Shown here piece after piece: positions 44,601-54,100 of a stretch of DNA of 64,000 nt. The notes under the pieces were generated by a model. That model did no database searches. It was not told the origin of the DNA and saw only the letters and a list, made by a program, of their open reading frames with translations. Origin of the DNA: a virus. The position numbers and the translations under genes were made by a program. The stretch is taken from the IMG/VR virus record IMGVR_UViG_3300008952_000004, positions 1 to 64,000 of that record; one strand, given 5' to 3'. Numbering within the stretch: position 1 is the first letter of the stretch; each line of letters begins with the position of its first letter.

Positions 44601-45578
44601 CGTCAGAGAAAAAGAAATCAGGATTCCTATGCAGATAAAGGGGGGCATCCCTGTGGCGTGCACTTTTGGGGCACTTCAGATGGCGGCATATTACAAACAA
44701 CCCATCCTGCAAAGCGCATATGGCATGCCCAGGGCGGTTCAATGTTTTCTACATCGATAGAGACTTGTACCATGGGTCCGACTCATCCACGTTATCACGG
44801 AATGATAAAATATTTTGCCAATATGGGATTTCATTTTGTTAGCACGACCAAAGGTAAAGGGGATATTCTTACAGATGAAGGTTGTACTGCTGGCAACGCT
44901 AAAACTTGGCAAGTTATGATGCTTCCGACTCCCCAAATGCAGGAATCGCTCTATAAACTAATATACGGCTTGTCTAAAAACCCTCCGTCAAATGAAGGAA
45001 CTAAATGGAGCTATGGCGGCAAATCAGGTAAAACAGAAATTAATATTCCGATGGCTTTTCCAGCCGTTAACGCAAATGAAGGAAAAATGTGGTGGGGACC
45101 TTGGTATGGAAAGCCGGGGAGTGTTCATTGGGGCAAAGCTGATTTCGCCGCGAACAGTAGTGAGTGGTTTAAGAAAAATCAACCCCCCGGTGTTTTCTGT
45201 CACTGGAACGTGGGTCACCACGCCGATGGATGTATGGGGGTATTTTATACTATGGCACGTGCCCTTGGTATGAATTCGTCCGATGCTTTTTATGCGATGG
45301 TTGGTGCTGTCTGTACTACAAAATATGATTCGACTGTTAAAAACTTTTGGACCCCTCTTCCAAAAGGCGCTGACGGCAAAGAATTAATAAAAAAGGGGAA
45401 AGCCAAGTATCCCTGGCCATTGGATGCTAAGACATTTGTCGACACCCCCGGTGTCACTAGCCAGCCGCTTGCCATATGGAAAAATTTCCCACACAAGTGG
45501 AAAAAAGTAAAAACAGCGTGGGAACAACTAAAGGAAGAAAAGAAAGTACATTTTGGCGATTTTGATAACCCCACATAA
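41598..45578 (+). CDS. gp5-like baseplate hub protein with alpha/beta-hydrolase, M15 (VanY-like) peptidase and amidase_2 domains
   Basis: N-terminal GVVLR...MRVRIPEIH OB-like segment; FHGLGG..WSAGG..FADA..H; SGWR..SPHETGMALDI..ETWHWE; VHETAG..HF..IWHA..SIE..CHWN. Confidence 0.75.
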   Translation: MSGKTPPTTGAKGSETPPVGARSEQKPPTAGAPSGVATDRVSHDFAPGELNDLPVPDFMPRYEGGKDDVFSAWRKMARDFYTPDTFSKLGPMRGVVLRIEEVPHKPVEEGFMGWTWMDFLDMEQATVKKMRVRIPEIHSMIPCPATIGKEATEADNKIIDLYDLFPPKDLDINADAVVEGDIVWVDYGNKLNWKDPVYLGAVNKKPSAGAGGMPPGGANAHANGCGGQYQRTSTTATGGGGTAMPAANAPQQPYQGLPRIARVDLEKGQWGDISNAAASATGGSSATMSLDAKWVVNEAAPYGKGTYNGFKKAAKACPYQLRVYYGHIPGNGEADKKNRPNARTSIVAAPWYFDATQPWELIYFFHGLGGFQSKSFSNRIIPNIKKLIKEKRNFVYVKPQLGHGAFGHRDGQTDSFNPEKHPGRGGDFAIYHNNIIMTIQKHITSTKTPIAKTMQVSMYAWSAGGATIGRIAASGAMAKIKPSRIFFADAEYLWGYGDVKDADGNSQGKATSALTAVWKGYVKDNPKVWLTCMTGTKKVDGYTKRKFNSIKKKNDISKRPVYYWATGKSHGWCGKNALFLICPEHKSRTLNPPSATTAAKAAAPPKVESNDKQAETEENKNTGVKPEEEKTGAEEDQGFVPKLPPQKETTETPKENKPKKSASEKPKDKEEKTSGGGIMGKMKAAVSDAKDKAVTSAKVASAKKKWTVVPSGPDTSWKENRVRIRHYGGTIKNKKDKLLAKIKGPNERGYLKAHLLVVKRYQAMKAAAAAAGVQMKVVSGWRKHKYKSFEDYEAKMLAKGYASAKAASKWIAFNSPHETGMALDINSVGEEKGMICQNRAETSGRNKNSVLGKWLIANAWKFGFAPYKNETWHWEVRLPVYSWVTGEEFTDNFAVRVTKVGPKVKGFTGSGEFGNTNIAPGAQAGGGSVGSATGAGPCIHVPSNVAGMGEPLQVTNAAPVSGLGDKLVMGTPGSDAVGDDKYLRKLVAFCVHETAGWPTNIRQRKRNQDSYADKGGHPCGVHFWGTSDGGILQTTHPAKRIWHAQGGSMFSTSIETCTMGPTHPRYHGMIKYFANMGFHFVSTTKGKGDILTDEGCTAGNAKTWQVMMLPTPQMQESLYKLIYGLSKNPPSNEGTKWSYGGKSGKTEINIPMAFPAVNANEGKMWWGPWYGKPGSVHWGKADFAANSSEWFKKNQPPGVFCHWNVGHHADGCMGVFYTMARALGMNSSDAFYAMVGAVCTTKYDSTVKNFWTPLPKGADGKELIKKGKAKYPWPLDAKTFVDTPGVTSQPLAIWKNFPHKWKKVKTAWEQLKEEKKVHFGDFDNPT

Positions 45579-45593
45579 TAGGAGATAAGATAT

Positions 45594-46547
45594 ATGTCAT
45601 CATTCTGGAAAAAGTTAACAACAAAGACTCCAGCAGTTAATAAACTAGGTCGCAATCCCATGTCGGACTTGGTGGAATCAACCGCTGGAAAAATTTTACA
45701 AGTTGATAATTTGGGCATCAACGGTGATAATATTGCCGAAGGTGTTCCCAACGTTGTTGCTGCGCCAAGCGAAAAAATATTAAGAGGAAGGAACAATAGT
45801 TTTATTATTTTAGGTCGCGACAGACCATCGACATTAAGCAGTGGATACGGCGGAATTGGGGACACACATGCAGGTAGAATAGACATTGTTGTCGGGATGT
45901 TAGCTCACAAAGCTGCCAGTCATGGCACTCTGGGTGAACCAATACACGCAGATCCAAATATGTCAAAAGATGCCGCTCGAATATACATGAGTCAAAAAAC
46001 AGACGTCGACAAGAATTTTAAACTTGCTAGGGGTCGGGTTGGTACCTCACGAGCCAAATCTGGAATTGCCATAAAGGCGGACGCGGTTAGAGTTATCGGA
46101 CGTGAGGGTATTAAACTTGTTACTCGCAGCGAAAGGATTAATTCGCAGGGTTCGAATATAATTTCTGTCCCCGGTGTCGATATTATTGCGGGAAACGACG
46201 ATTCCGATTTGCAGCCAATGGTCAAGGGTGACAATTTGAGTCAGTGCTTGGACCGACTTGCAACACATTTGGTAGCTTTAAACGGTATACTTGATACTTT
46301 TCTTATTACTCAGATGAGGTATAACAAGGCTTTGGCTAACCATTTTCACAATTCTCCGTTCTTTGCCGCACCTACAACACCAGCTTTTAGGGCTCAACAA
46401 GAGGGCATTAGAACCGTAATTAAACAACTAACGAAGGTAAAACGCTCCCTTTTGACCCATAAAGACAATGTTGGAAAATGGAATACAACCTATTTACAAC
46501 AAGGCGGCGGTCGCTATATTAATAGCCGCTATAACAATGTTAATTAG
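45594..46547 (+). CDS. baseplate spike-like (gp5 C-terminal beta-helix-like) protein
   Basis: IILGRDRP, IDIVVG, DAARIYMSQKTDVD, IKAD.VRVIGREGIKLVT, QPMVKGD.L, and NHFH (HxH) near C-terminus. Confidence 0.6.
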   Translation: MSSFWKKLTTKTPAVNKLGRNPMSDLVESTAGKILQVDNLGINGDNIAEGVPNVVAAPSEKILRGRNNSFIILGRDRPSTLSSGYGGIGDTHAGRIDIVVGMLAHKAASHGTLGEPIHADPNMSKDAARIYMSQKTDVDKNFKLARGRVGTSRAKSGIAIKADAVRVIGREGIKLVTRSERINSQGSNIISVPGVDIIAGNDDSDLQPMVKGDNLSQCLDRLATHLVALNGILDTFLITQMRYNKALANHFHNSPFFAAPTTPAFRAQQEGIRTVIKQLTKVKRSLLTHKDNVGKWNTTYLQQGGGRYINSRYNNVN

Positions 46548-46555
46548 GAGATCTA

Positions 46556-49500
46556 ATGTCTCACGAGGAAGAAAAGAAACAACAGCAAGAAGAAGAGGCT
46601 GGGACAATGTATCTCAAGGGAATTCCTATTGTCTCAGGTTCAATGCTCGCTGTACAGGCTCTGAAAAATTATAATTTTAAGAATTTAGAGGAGAAAACCA
46701 CAGCGTTGCTCGATGAGGCTAAAGGCTCTAAGGGTAGTGATACGTCTATGGCTGCAACATTAGCTCCATATCTTGGTGCGGCAGCAGCACTGGCTAAAGC
46801 AGCCATCCCGCAGTATATGACGGTTCTTGGCGGTATAAGTAAAGAATTTCCAGCCGCAACGCATTACATACGGGATCAAACGATTGGTGTACCAGGCGCA
46901 CGGGAAGAGGCGGTACCCGCCGATGCTGACGCAGCAGTTAAAGAAGCTGAAAAGGTAGCTGATCAAGCAGCAGGCGGTGGAGATCAGGCAGCAGGCGGTG
47001 GAGAGATTGTTTTTACAGATGAAGAAGCAGGCACCATATACGCTAATGAACCAGATGAGAACACCGACAGTTCGGAAGTCGCCGGAGAGGACAAGAAAGA
47101 CGACGCCCCCGCAGGCGCCCAAGAAATTGAACTACCTTTGCAGGGCACCGAAGTAGAAAAGAATCCATTTCACCATTATGCAGAACCATGGCTAAAACCA
47201 AAAAAATATTCACTATACAGCAAACCATCCAGAGACTCTCGTTGGGAAGTAGGGCATATTTTTTCTCACATGGGCACAGACCCACAAAAACCGAGCGACC
47301 TCACTTTAGTGAGGGTGCTTAAACCATTCTTGGGTACCAAAAGAGATGTACATCGTATAGAAGTTATTAATCCGAAGCCAATAATGAGCGCTGTATTCAG
47401 CGCGTACAAAGGTCCTTTATATATAGAGTCTAGTGCTTGTCATCCCTTGCCGGGAATTCCAGAGTTTGAGCCAATCTCTGCGGCAGGCGCCTCCAGCGCA
47501 CACGGTTATCCCTGGCCATACGATTGGAAAGAACTAGGTCCAATTGGGACCGGAGAATGGTGTTATTTAGAAGAAAAGCAACAGATGTATTACGCAAGGT
47601 TATACCAACCAGGGCTTAGGACGAAACCAATTAAATTGGAGGAGGGTTCATCTTGGATCACTGGCGCAAGTGCAGAAATAGAATTACCATTACCAAACCC
47701 AGAGGATGGATACGATGGTGCGAAATATGACGTACCAGAACCGGATAATGAAAAGCCATTCAAAACACTAAAAGAATTTGTTGAATTTGCAGATGAAAAA
47801 GCTATACTACAACGCGGAGTCACACAAATATTACACTTTTATGGAAGGATAAATGCATATGAAAGTCCGCCCAAAGACCTGTTGGATATGATTGTTGACA
47901 CCGAAATGGCATATATCCCATCGCCACCACACGGATTTTATCTAGATCCGAGAACCGGATATATTGACATTGCAGTTGCTCTACGTGCTTCGTATGTAAA
48001 TGCCATTCCACGATATCTATACAGTGATGACGATTTAAATAAATATTTTAGCAATACCGATGGATATTCTTATAGTTTCGCCTATAGCACACTACAGGCA
48101 AAAATAGACTTTATAACGAAACATACTACTGACCGCGCAACAGAACTACAGCCTAAATTTCCAAAGCAAGCAGCAAAACTTATTCGGGTTGTGCAATATT
48201 TGAACTCTTTCCCGGCAAGGTTTAAAAGATTTGTTTTATTAAATGAGGTACCTGAAGAAGAATTAACTGGCACAGACCCACACTTCGAGCTTGGTTTTTC
48301 AAAAGATTTTCAGATATCGTATGTGTTGATGGGGAAAGCGGACAAGCGCTCAACCCCCCTCACCATTGCTTTACCGATGCTGACAAGTGTAAATCAGCGT
48401 CCCGGCACAACGGCAATTGCATCTCACCACTTTCTTTATTCGTTTGAAGATATGGAAAAGAAGGTGCAAGATCCTGCCTTGACAGCAATTGAGTTCGCTC
48501 AAAGATATTACTATCCAGTTACTGCAATAGTTTTTAAACCAACAGAAGCAGAATCAGAAGAAAATCCTCGAACCACGACCCCAGCTATAGCGCAAGCTGC
48601 CGCTGTTTCGAAACACGAAGATCCCGCTGGAGTCGGAAAGTCCACATCCCAAATAATGAGGGAAAAACAAAGTTTAGACAATGTAGATCATAAAATTCAA
48701 CTTTCAAAGTCTCGTGAAAAAGAACAAGAGTTTACAGGCGATAATATAATCGAAGACATAGAATTTTTGAAGGCTCAGGCAAAGGATCCCGAAGGCATTT
48801 ATAAACATGTTCTTAACAAAACAAGTATCAAGGAGTTGTCTGCAATCGCCCTTGCTGATCTGACAAAAGATTTTGGCTTTGCTGATCAGCAAAAAATGGT
48901 GCTTGATTCGGTAATAACAAAAGCTACCGGTGCTCAAATAGAAAAAATGGCAAGCATTATACAGGAAAAATATCCAGGCGAATATTCCAAAGCTCTCGCT
49001 AAAGAATTGGATGCTGCACAAGAATATTTTGAAACCACTGGTACCCCAAAAGAAGGCACAGTTCCACCGGCTATAAAAAACTCAGATGGTAGCATCAACG
49101 ACGTTAAATTAGCACGGGCAATAGAAACTAATATGGCACTATCAGGGTGGCATAAAAATATTCAGTCACCTCAACAAAACCAAGGACAACAAATCTCTGA
49201 AGAAATGAGCCCGGACCAAAAGAAACAAATGAGATATTTCTCTGGTTTCGAATATGGTTCGGGGTTAAAATTTGGTGAAGGATATTCTTTGCCAACAGTC
49301 GATGGTATATTATCAGATAACACAACCATTAGCTCTCCAGCAAGAAAGGCAGATATTTTAAAACGCCTTACTAACAATTCCGGCAATGAGTTTAAATTGC
49401 CAATATCGATATTGGAAAAAACCATTCTGCCGATTGTTCCATACGCAGACGTAAGGAGTACTTTGTCTCAATATATGGGGAATGTTAATGACGTTATGGA

Positions 49501-52500
49501 AGAAATTCAAGAACCGACATCCCTTAAAGAACTTGCACCTCCGACAGTGACACTTCCTGATAATTCATTCACCTCCGACCCTACACCGGGTGTTGTTGAT
49601 GCCGTGGTTGCTGGCATTCGAGAAGCAATTGCCAAAGGTCTGATTGCAACTATAACGATGGTGCTGGATCGAATCAAAAAATCGGCTGCCGACGCATTTG
49701 GAGAAAGATTCGGCGCCATGGTGGGAAAAATTCCACTAGATATGATCAAAGCAGCGTTCCACAACGCGGGTGTGCCCCCCGGCACAGGTGCGGAATTTTT
49801 TGAGAATCTAGCCAAGCAGGCTACCGTTTCTGAAATGGAAGATCTTTTCGCTGGAAGAACCAGCGAAGAAACGGATTCTTTGGTAATGGTTACCGCAGGC
49901 ATGACTCCCGGCATGTTCGAGCATCTTCAAAATATTTCTAATGCGTTTGACAATTTATCAGATTTAGTCGAGCCAGACATTTTTCGCAAGGCGAGAGAGT
50001 CAGAAGCAGAGGCAGAAGTAGAAGATGCGCCTTGGTCTGGACTTCTTTGTGAAGATGATGATTTTCCAGATGAAGACAACCGCGACCGAACAGGGCTAGA
50101 GGAGGCACAACACGAGCGTGACCGGGATTTGGCTAATCGATTAAAAGATCTTATCGATGGGGCAAATAATTTATTGTCGGATATTCCAAGTACAATGTCC
50201 GATTGTGGTGAACAGGGGTTGATTTCTCGTGATCCACCATCAATGCAGATGGCTAATAAATTAGCACTGGATACAATATTTGAATCTGTTGAAATGGCGT
50301 TTTCTCAAGATGCAACCGGATTCATGGATAGTTTATTGTTGAAGAAGTCAAGAGATGCCAAAAAGGGTGATCCTGATTGGATTCCAACATATGGAAAAGA
50401 ACTTGGTATCGATCAGATGACAGGTGCGAAGATCGATCCTAATCCAACAAAAAAGATGGCAGTGGCTCACAATAAGAAAAATTCTAAAATCGAAGTATCA
50501 GTACTACCCTCTTTGAAAAAAAATCTTAGCGACGTTCATAAAAAGAATTTTAAATTATATTCTGAATATGTCGGCGATGAAGAAAAGGGAGAAGGTATTA
50601 CTTGGATTTCGATGAGCGGAGAAGTCGATCCTAAAAAAACTAAACTACCAATTACATTTGCTGCTGAAGAAGCTCAACTCGCACAGGCTAAAGCCACTGT
50701 AAAAAAAATACAAAATAAAATGTCGGACCTGAATTCTTCAGGTTTAGGTCTTGGGGCAGATGCCCTTCACCATCTTCTAAATGATATGGAGAAAGCCGAT
50801 AACGCATTTACCGCAGCCAAAGAAGTACTCGACCAAGCAATAAAAGCAGCACCATCTAAAATTAAAAAAGATAAGTCGTTCGATTTGTCAAACAAGGTTG
50901 AAGAAAAGCTGCTCGAATTTTCTATGACCTGGCCAGAATCCAGCGGTCCCGTTGTCGATAGACATTCTGTCACCTTGGGAGACGGCGACCAAAAATATGT
51001 TTTAGCAAATAAAACAAAATCCCCTTCAAATAATTTGAGCGAAACGACGTTTTATAAGATTTTGCCAGGTTCGACCGGTGAACTCGGGGTTTACAGAACT
51101 GCCCAGTCTCAAGCATTTGCAAACTATATAACCAACAGGTTTACCAACGCTGGATATGCTCTTGCTGGTATACCAGAAGATTTTGAAATGTCAACCGGCT
51201 TTCAAGAATATGCATTAAACTGGGAACAAGTATTTTTCAGATTGTTCAAAAAGACTGCACGACAGGCGAGCCTATCCAACCTTTTTGAACTAGAGGAATT
51301 GTTGGAGGTATCATTATCAAAGAAATATGAAAAAACATTATGCGCCCCAGATCCGGAGGCGTTTGATCTACTTTCAGTTTCTGAAACCAAGGAAGAAGTG
51401 GAGGATGATTATGAACAATCTTGTAAGCCATCTAACAAGAGCGATGCCGCAGGCTCCCCGTTCGAAGAGGCAGCACTAGGAGGTGTACTTAAAGTATATT
51501 TAAGATTATGTGTTGCCGAGGTGTTATTGCGTTCTATATTTATATATTCTCAATTTAATCCCGAAGAAGTATTCGAAGATGGTCTGTTTATGGATTATGT
51601 TGTAGACATGCTTCGAAAAGATCTTGAAAATTCAGATCCAGATTTTTTTTCAAGATTGAAAAAACAAGCTCAAATCATAATCTCAAATAAAAGGAAGAGT
51701 GGAGATCTCAAAAATATATACAATATAAACGATATGACCTTATTAGATGATTTAGATGAGACAGGTTATCAAGAGGAGCGAGCCAATGCTGCATTTAAAT
51801 ATATTGTTTTGGAACAAGCGGCAGACCTATCATATAAATTACAACAGGCACTTGGCACCCAAGCGCCAAAAATATATAAAAGGTTTTTAAACAGCACCGG
51901 CACTCCTGAACCTTTTAATATTGTCACCCCTCAAACGAGTCTAGGTTCAGGCTGGATTCGCACCATAGATGCTCCAAAGGCAAGTGTCGTTGGTACCGGC
52001 GACCAGCGCTTCATTGCTAGAAATGAAGATAAAGTAAAGAACTTAGGAGGTAATCAATCGACTGGAACCAGTCAAACCACCTGGGAGGGCGAGATTACTT
52101 ATGATACTGCGCGTCTAATGTACCCAGATTTAGCCATGGTTGGCGGCACTTTCGTTCTAGAAAAATATGTGCGTGTTGAAGATCTGGACAGGCTCCCTGA
52201 TGATTTCAAAGATCCCTATGGATTTCGCCTCCGGCACGGTGGACCGGACGCACCGGATGAAGGACCCGGAGAGCCCGACACACTAGCCTCGTGGTGTAAA
52301 ACGACACCACATCTTTCTGGCGTTGTAAATATTTCGGCTTTTCGCCAATATCTTGATCAGGTGTTTGAGATACATCCAGCAGACGCAAAGGTTTCTAGCT
52401 TTTTCAAACCATTGAAGTTTGGAATGCGTCTGATGTGGATACCCCCGACCAATCAAAACTTCAAGGCGCAACTTTATGCGTCGGAAACTTCTGAGGTAGT

Positions 52501-53617
52501 AGGCGACATCAAAAAAGAGCAAAAGCACGAAGGCAAAGCTGACGCTACCTTTGGTTCTTTAGGGTTGAGTCCGAGCCAGACTGCTTTATATGAAGAGACA
52601 TTTGGGCAAGGTGCCGCGACTCATGACGATGTAAAAGGGACTATTCTCACAGGTGGACAGACGGATATAGAATATAGCATAAAGGATACTTATAAAGATC
52701 TGTCAGCAAAGAGCCCAATTGCAAAAAAAGAAAAAGCTTTTTGCATCATAGAGAAAGACTTGGCAGAGAGTAAACTCACACTTGGAGGCAAAATCCAAGC
52801 CAGTCCGGACGCAAAAGTGGAACAATACGACTATAAACAGGAGCACACACGAGGATACAGCAAAGAATTATATCCAATACCGCTTGTATCTGTTGAGCGC
52901 CCGCTCTCCGCAACAACTATGAAGGAGGCTCGCAAAGCATATTATGATGAAGAATATTTTCGGGGATTAATAGAAGGATCCGCCGAATTCAAATTTTTAT
53001 TTAAATATGTTTTTCCGCTTCCAAGAATGTTATCCCTTTTGACTATTTATAATTCAGAGTCAGTACTTAAAAATTCAGATGAAGTCGCTGGCGCTTTCGA
53101 TGGTACAAAGGGGGCATTGAGGAATTTGTTTTATACTCTTGATGTTGACGAGGGCGACTTAGCAACAAGCTGGTGGCAAGAAGAAAGTAAACTAGAAGAA
53201 GAAGGTAAAGATGCCCGCCATGAATTGGAACGTCAAGAAGCAGGTCTTTCACCTTTTAGCGCTCCCGGTTTAACCGCTATGGCAATGAGAACGGTTCCGT
53301 TGTTTGTTAGAGGTTATGCTGAGTACAGCGATCCGCATTATAAATTTGTTAGTCGCTTATCCGACCAAGGGGTTTTACCAACTGGAAAGACATGGGCTTC
53401 AGTACCTTTATTATGGCCCGTTAATTGGAGCATCGGTGGCATTCCCGGTTGGGGACCACCACTTGGTCCTTGGGGCATCGCGGCATATAGTATGCCACAG
53501 TTACCCGGTGATAGAAAACAACAAAATATTACCAAGCAAGAACAAGCAGCCGAAGTAGAAATGTTTAAACAAGCGTATACCGATAAAGAGTTAGACTGTG
53601 ATGAAGAGGAGAACTAA
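46556..53617 (+). CDS. 2353-aa giant virion (baseplate/tail-associated) protein
   Basis: Single uninterrupted ORF between spike-like gene and gp25-like gene; no catalytic motif recognised. Confidence 0.7.
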   Translation: MSHEEEKKQQQEEEAGTMYLKGIPIVSGSMLAVQALKNYNFKNLEEKTTALLDEAKGSKGSDTSMAATLAPYLGAAAALAKAAIPQYMTVLGGISKEFPAATHYIRDQTIGVPGAREEAVPADADAAVKEAEKVADQAAGGGDQAAGGGEIVFTDEEAGTIYANEPDENTDSSEVAGEDKKDDAPAGAQEIELPLQGTEVEKNPFHHYAEPWLKPKKYSLYSKPSRDSRWEVGHIFSHMGTDPQKPSDLTLVRVLKPFLGTKRDVHRIEVINPKPIMSAVFSAYKGPLYIESSACHPLPGIPEFEPISAAGASSAHGYPWPYDWKELGPIGTGEWCYLEEKQQMYYARLYQPGLRTKPIKLEEGSSWITGASAEIELPLPNPEDGYDGAKYDVPEPDNEKPFKTLKEFVEFADEKAILQRGVTQILHFYGRINAYESPPKDLLDMIVDTEMAYIPSPPHGFYLDPRTGYIDIAVALRASYVNAIPRYLYSDDDLNKYFSNTDGYSYSFAYSTLQAKIDFITKHTTDRATELQPKFPKQAAKLIRVVQYLNSFPARFKRFVLLNEVPEEELTGTDPHFELGFSKDFQISYVLMGKADKRSTPLTIALPMLTSVNQRPGTTAIASHHFLYSFEDMEKKVQDPALTAIEFAQRYYYPVTAIVFKPTEAESEENPRTTTPAIAQAAAVSKHEDPAGVGKSTSQIMREKQSLDNVDHKIQLSKSREKEQEFTGDNIIEDIEFLKAQAKDPEGIYKHVLNKTSIKELSAIALADLTKDFGFADQQKMVLDSVITKATGAQIEKMASIIQEKYPGEYSKALAKELDAAQEYFETTGTPKEGTVPPAIKNSDGSINDVKLARAIETNMALSGWHKNIQSPQQNQGQQISEEMSPDQKKQMRYFSGFEYGSGLKFGEGYSLPTVDGILSDNTTISSPARKADILKRLTNNSGNEFKLPISILEKTILPIVPYADVRSTLSQYMGNVNDVMEEIQEPTSLKELAPPTVTLPDNSFTSDPTPGVVDAVVAGIREAIAKGLIATITMVLDRIKKSAADAFGERFGAMVGKIPLDMIKAAFHNAGVPPGTGAEFFENLAKQATVSEMEDLFAGRTSEETDSLVMVTAGMTPGMFEHLQNISNAFDNLSDLVEPDIFRKARESEAEAEVEDAPWSGLLCEDDDFPDEDNRDRTGLEEAQHERDRDLANRLKDLIDGANNLLSDIPSTMSDCGEQGLISRDPPSMQMANKLALDTIFESVEMAFSQDATGFMDSLLLKKSRDAKKGDPDWIPTYGKELGIDQMTGAKIDPNPTKKMAVAHNKKNSKIEVSVLPSLKKNLSDVHKKNFKLYSEYVGDEEKGEGITWISMSGEVDPKKTKLPITFAAEEAQLAQAKATVKKIQNKMSDLNSSGLGLGADALHHLLNDMEKADNAFTAAKEVLDQAIKAAPSKIKKDKSFDLSNKVEEKLLEFSMTWPESSGPVVDRHSVTLGDGDQKYVLANKTKSPSNNLSETTFYKILPGSTGELGVYRTAQSQAFANYITNRFTNAGYALAGIPEDFEMSTGFQEYALNWEQVFFRLFKKTARQASLSNLFELEELLEVSLSKKYEKTLCAPDPEAFDLLSVSETKEEVEDDYEQSCKPSNKSDAAGSPFEEAALGGVLKVYLRLCVAEVLLRSIFIYSQFNPEEVFEDGLFMDYVVDMLRKDLENSDPDFFSRLKKQAQIIISNKRKSGDLKNIYNINDMTLLDDLDETGYQEERANAAFKYIVLEQAADLSYKLQQALGTQAPKIYKRFLNSTGTPEPFNIVTPQTSLGSGWIRTIDAPKASVVGTGDQRFIARNEDKVKNLGGNQSTGTSQTTWEGEITYDTARLMYPDLAMVGGTFVLEKYVRVEDLDRLPDDFKDPYGFRLRHGGPDAPDEGPGEPDTLASWCKTTPHLSGVVNISAFRQYLDQVFEIHPADAKVSSFFKPLKFGMRLMWIPPTNQNFKAQLYASETSEVVGDIKKEQKHEGKADATFGSLGLSPSQTALYEETFGQGAATHDDVKGTILTGGQTDIEYSIKDTYKDLSAKSPIAKKEKAFCIIEKDLAESKLTLGGKIQASPDAKVEQYDYKQEHTRGYSKELYPIPLVSVERPLSATTMKEARKAYYDEEYFRGLIEGSAEFKFLFKYVFPLPRMLSLLTIYNSESVLKNSDEVAGAFDGTKGALRNLFYTLDVDEGDLATSWWQEESKLEEEGKDARHELERQEAGLSPFSAPGLTAMAMRTVPLFVRGYAEYSDPHYKFVSRLSDQGVLPTGKTWASVPLLWPVNWSIGGIPGWGPPLGPWGIAAYSMPQLPGDRKQQNITKQEQAAEVEMFKQAYTDKELDCDEEEN
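46961..47002 (+). repeat. 21-bp tandem duplication (DQAAGGG x2) in giant protein
   Basis: GATCAAGCAGCAGGCGGTGGA followed by GATCAGGCAGCAGGCGGTGGA. Confidence 0.85.
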
Positions 53618-53621
53618 TTAA
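53614..53621 (+). promoter_or_regulatory. candidate phage late-promoter motif CTAATTAA
   Basis: Overlaps stop of giant ORF, immediately before gp25-like ATG. Confidence 0.4.
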
Positions 53622-53624
53622 AAT

Positions 53625-54062
53625 ATGAGCGGAATGTCACCAAAATTGCCTTTACATAAAAGCCCTGAAGATGGTTATTATGCACTAACGAAGACCCACC
53701 ATGAAGTAATAAGACAAAATTTAAAAAATTTAATTTTAACTGTTCCCGGTGAAAGAATCATGATTCCCGATTTTGGTGTGGGGCTAAAAAAATTACTCTT
53801 TGAACAAAGGGATCCGGATATATATGCTAGCATATGCGCGAGAATCGATCAACAGACGACTCAATATATGCCGTTCGTTACTATTGAGGATGTAGAAATT
53901 ATAGACTCGGAAATCCGCTGGACCCTTTCTGGTGGGGAACCCGAATTCCACTCATCAGACTATTTGAAACAAAATTCTATGAACAGTAATACTATTAAGA
54001 TCCGGATTATGTTTTTTATACGTGCATTAAATTCGCGAGCAATCTTATCTTTTAGGGTATAA
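53625..54062 (+). CDS. baseplate wedge protein, gp25-like
   Basis: IRQNLKNLILTVPGERIMIPDFGVGLKKLLFE...I..Q...YMPFV.IEDV. Confidence 0.9.
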   Translation: MSGMSPKLPLHKSPEDGYYALTKTHHEVIRQNLKNLILTVPGERIMIPDFGVGLKKLLFEQRDPDIYASICARIDQQTTQYMPFVTIEDVEIIDSEIRWTLSGGEPEFHSSDYLKQNSMNSNTIKIRIMFFIRALNSRAILSFRV

Positions 54063-54075
54063 ATGGGCGAAAGTT

Positions 54076-54083
54076 CTATTTAA
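54076..54083 (+). promoter_or_regulatory. candidate phage late-promoter motif CTATTTAA
   Basis: Upstream of GGGGG RBS and ATG 54101. Confidence 0.45.
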
Positions 54084-54100
54084 TAGGGGGAAAGAACTAT

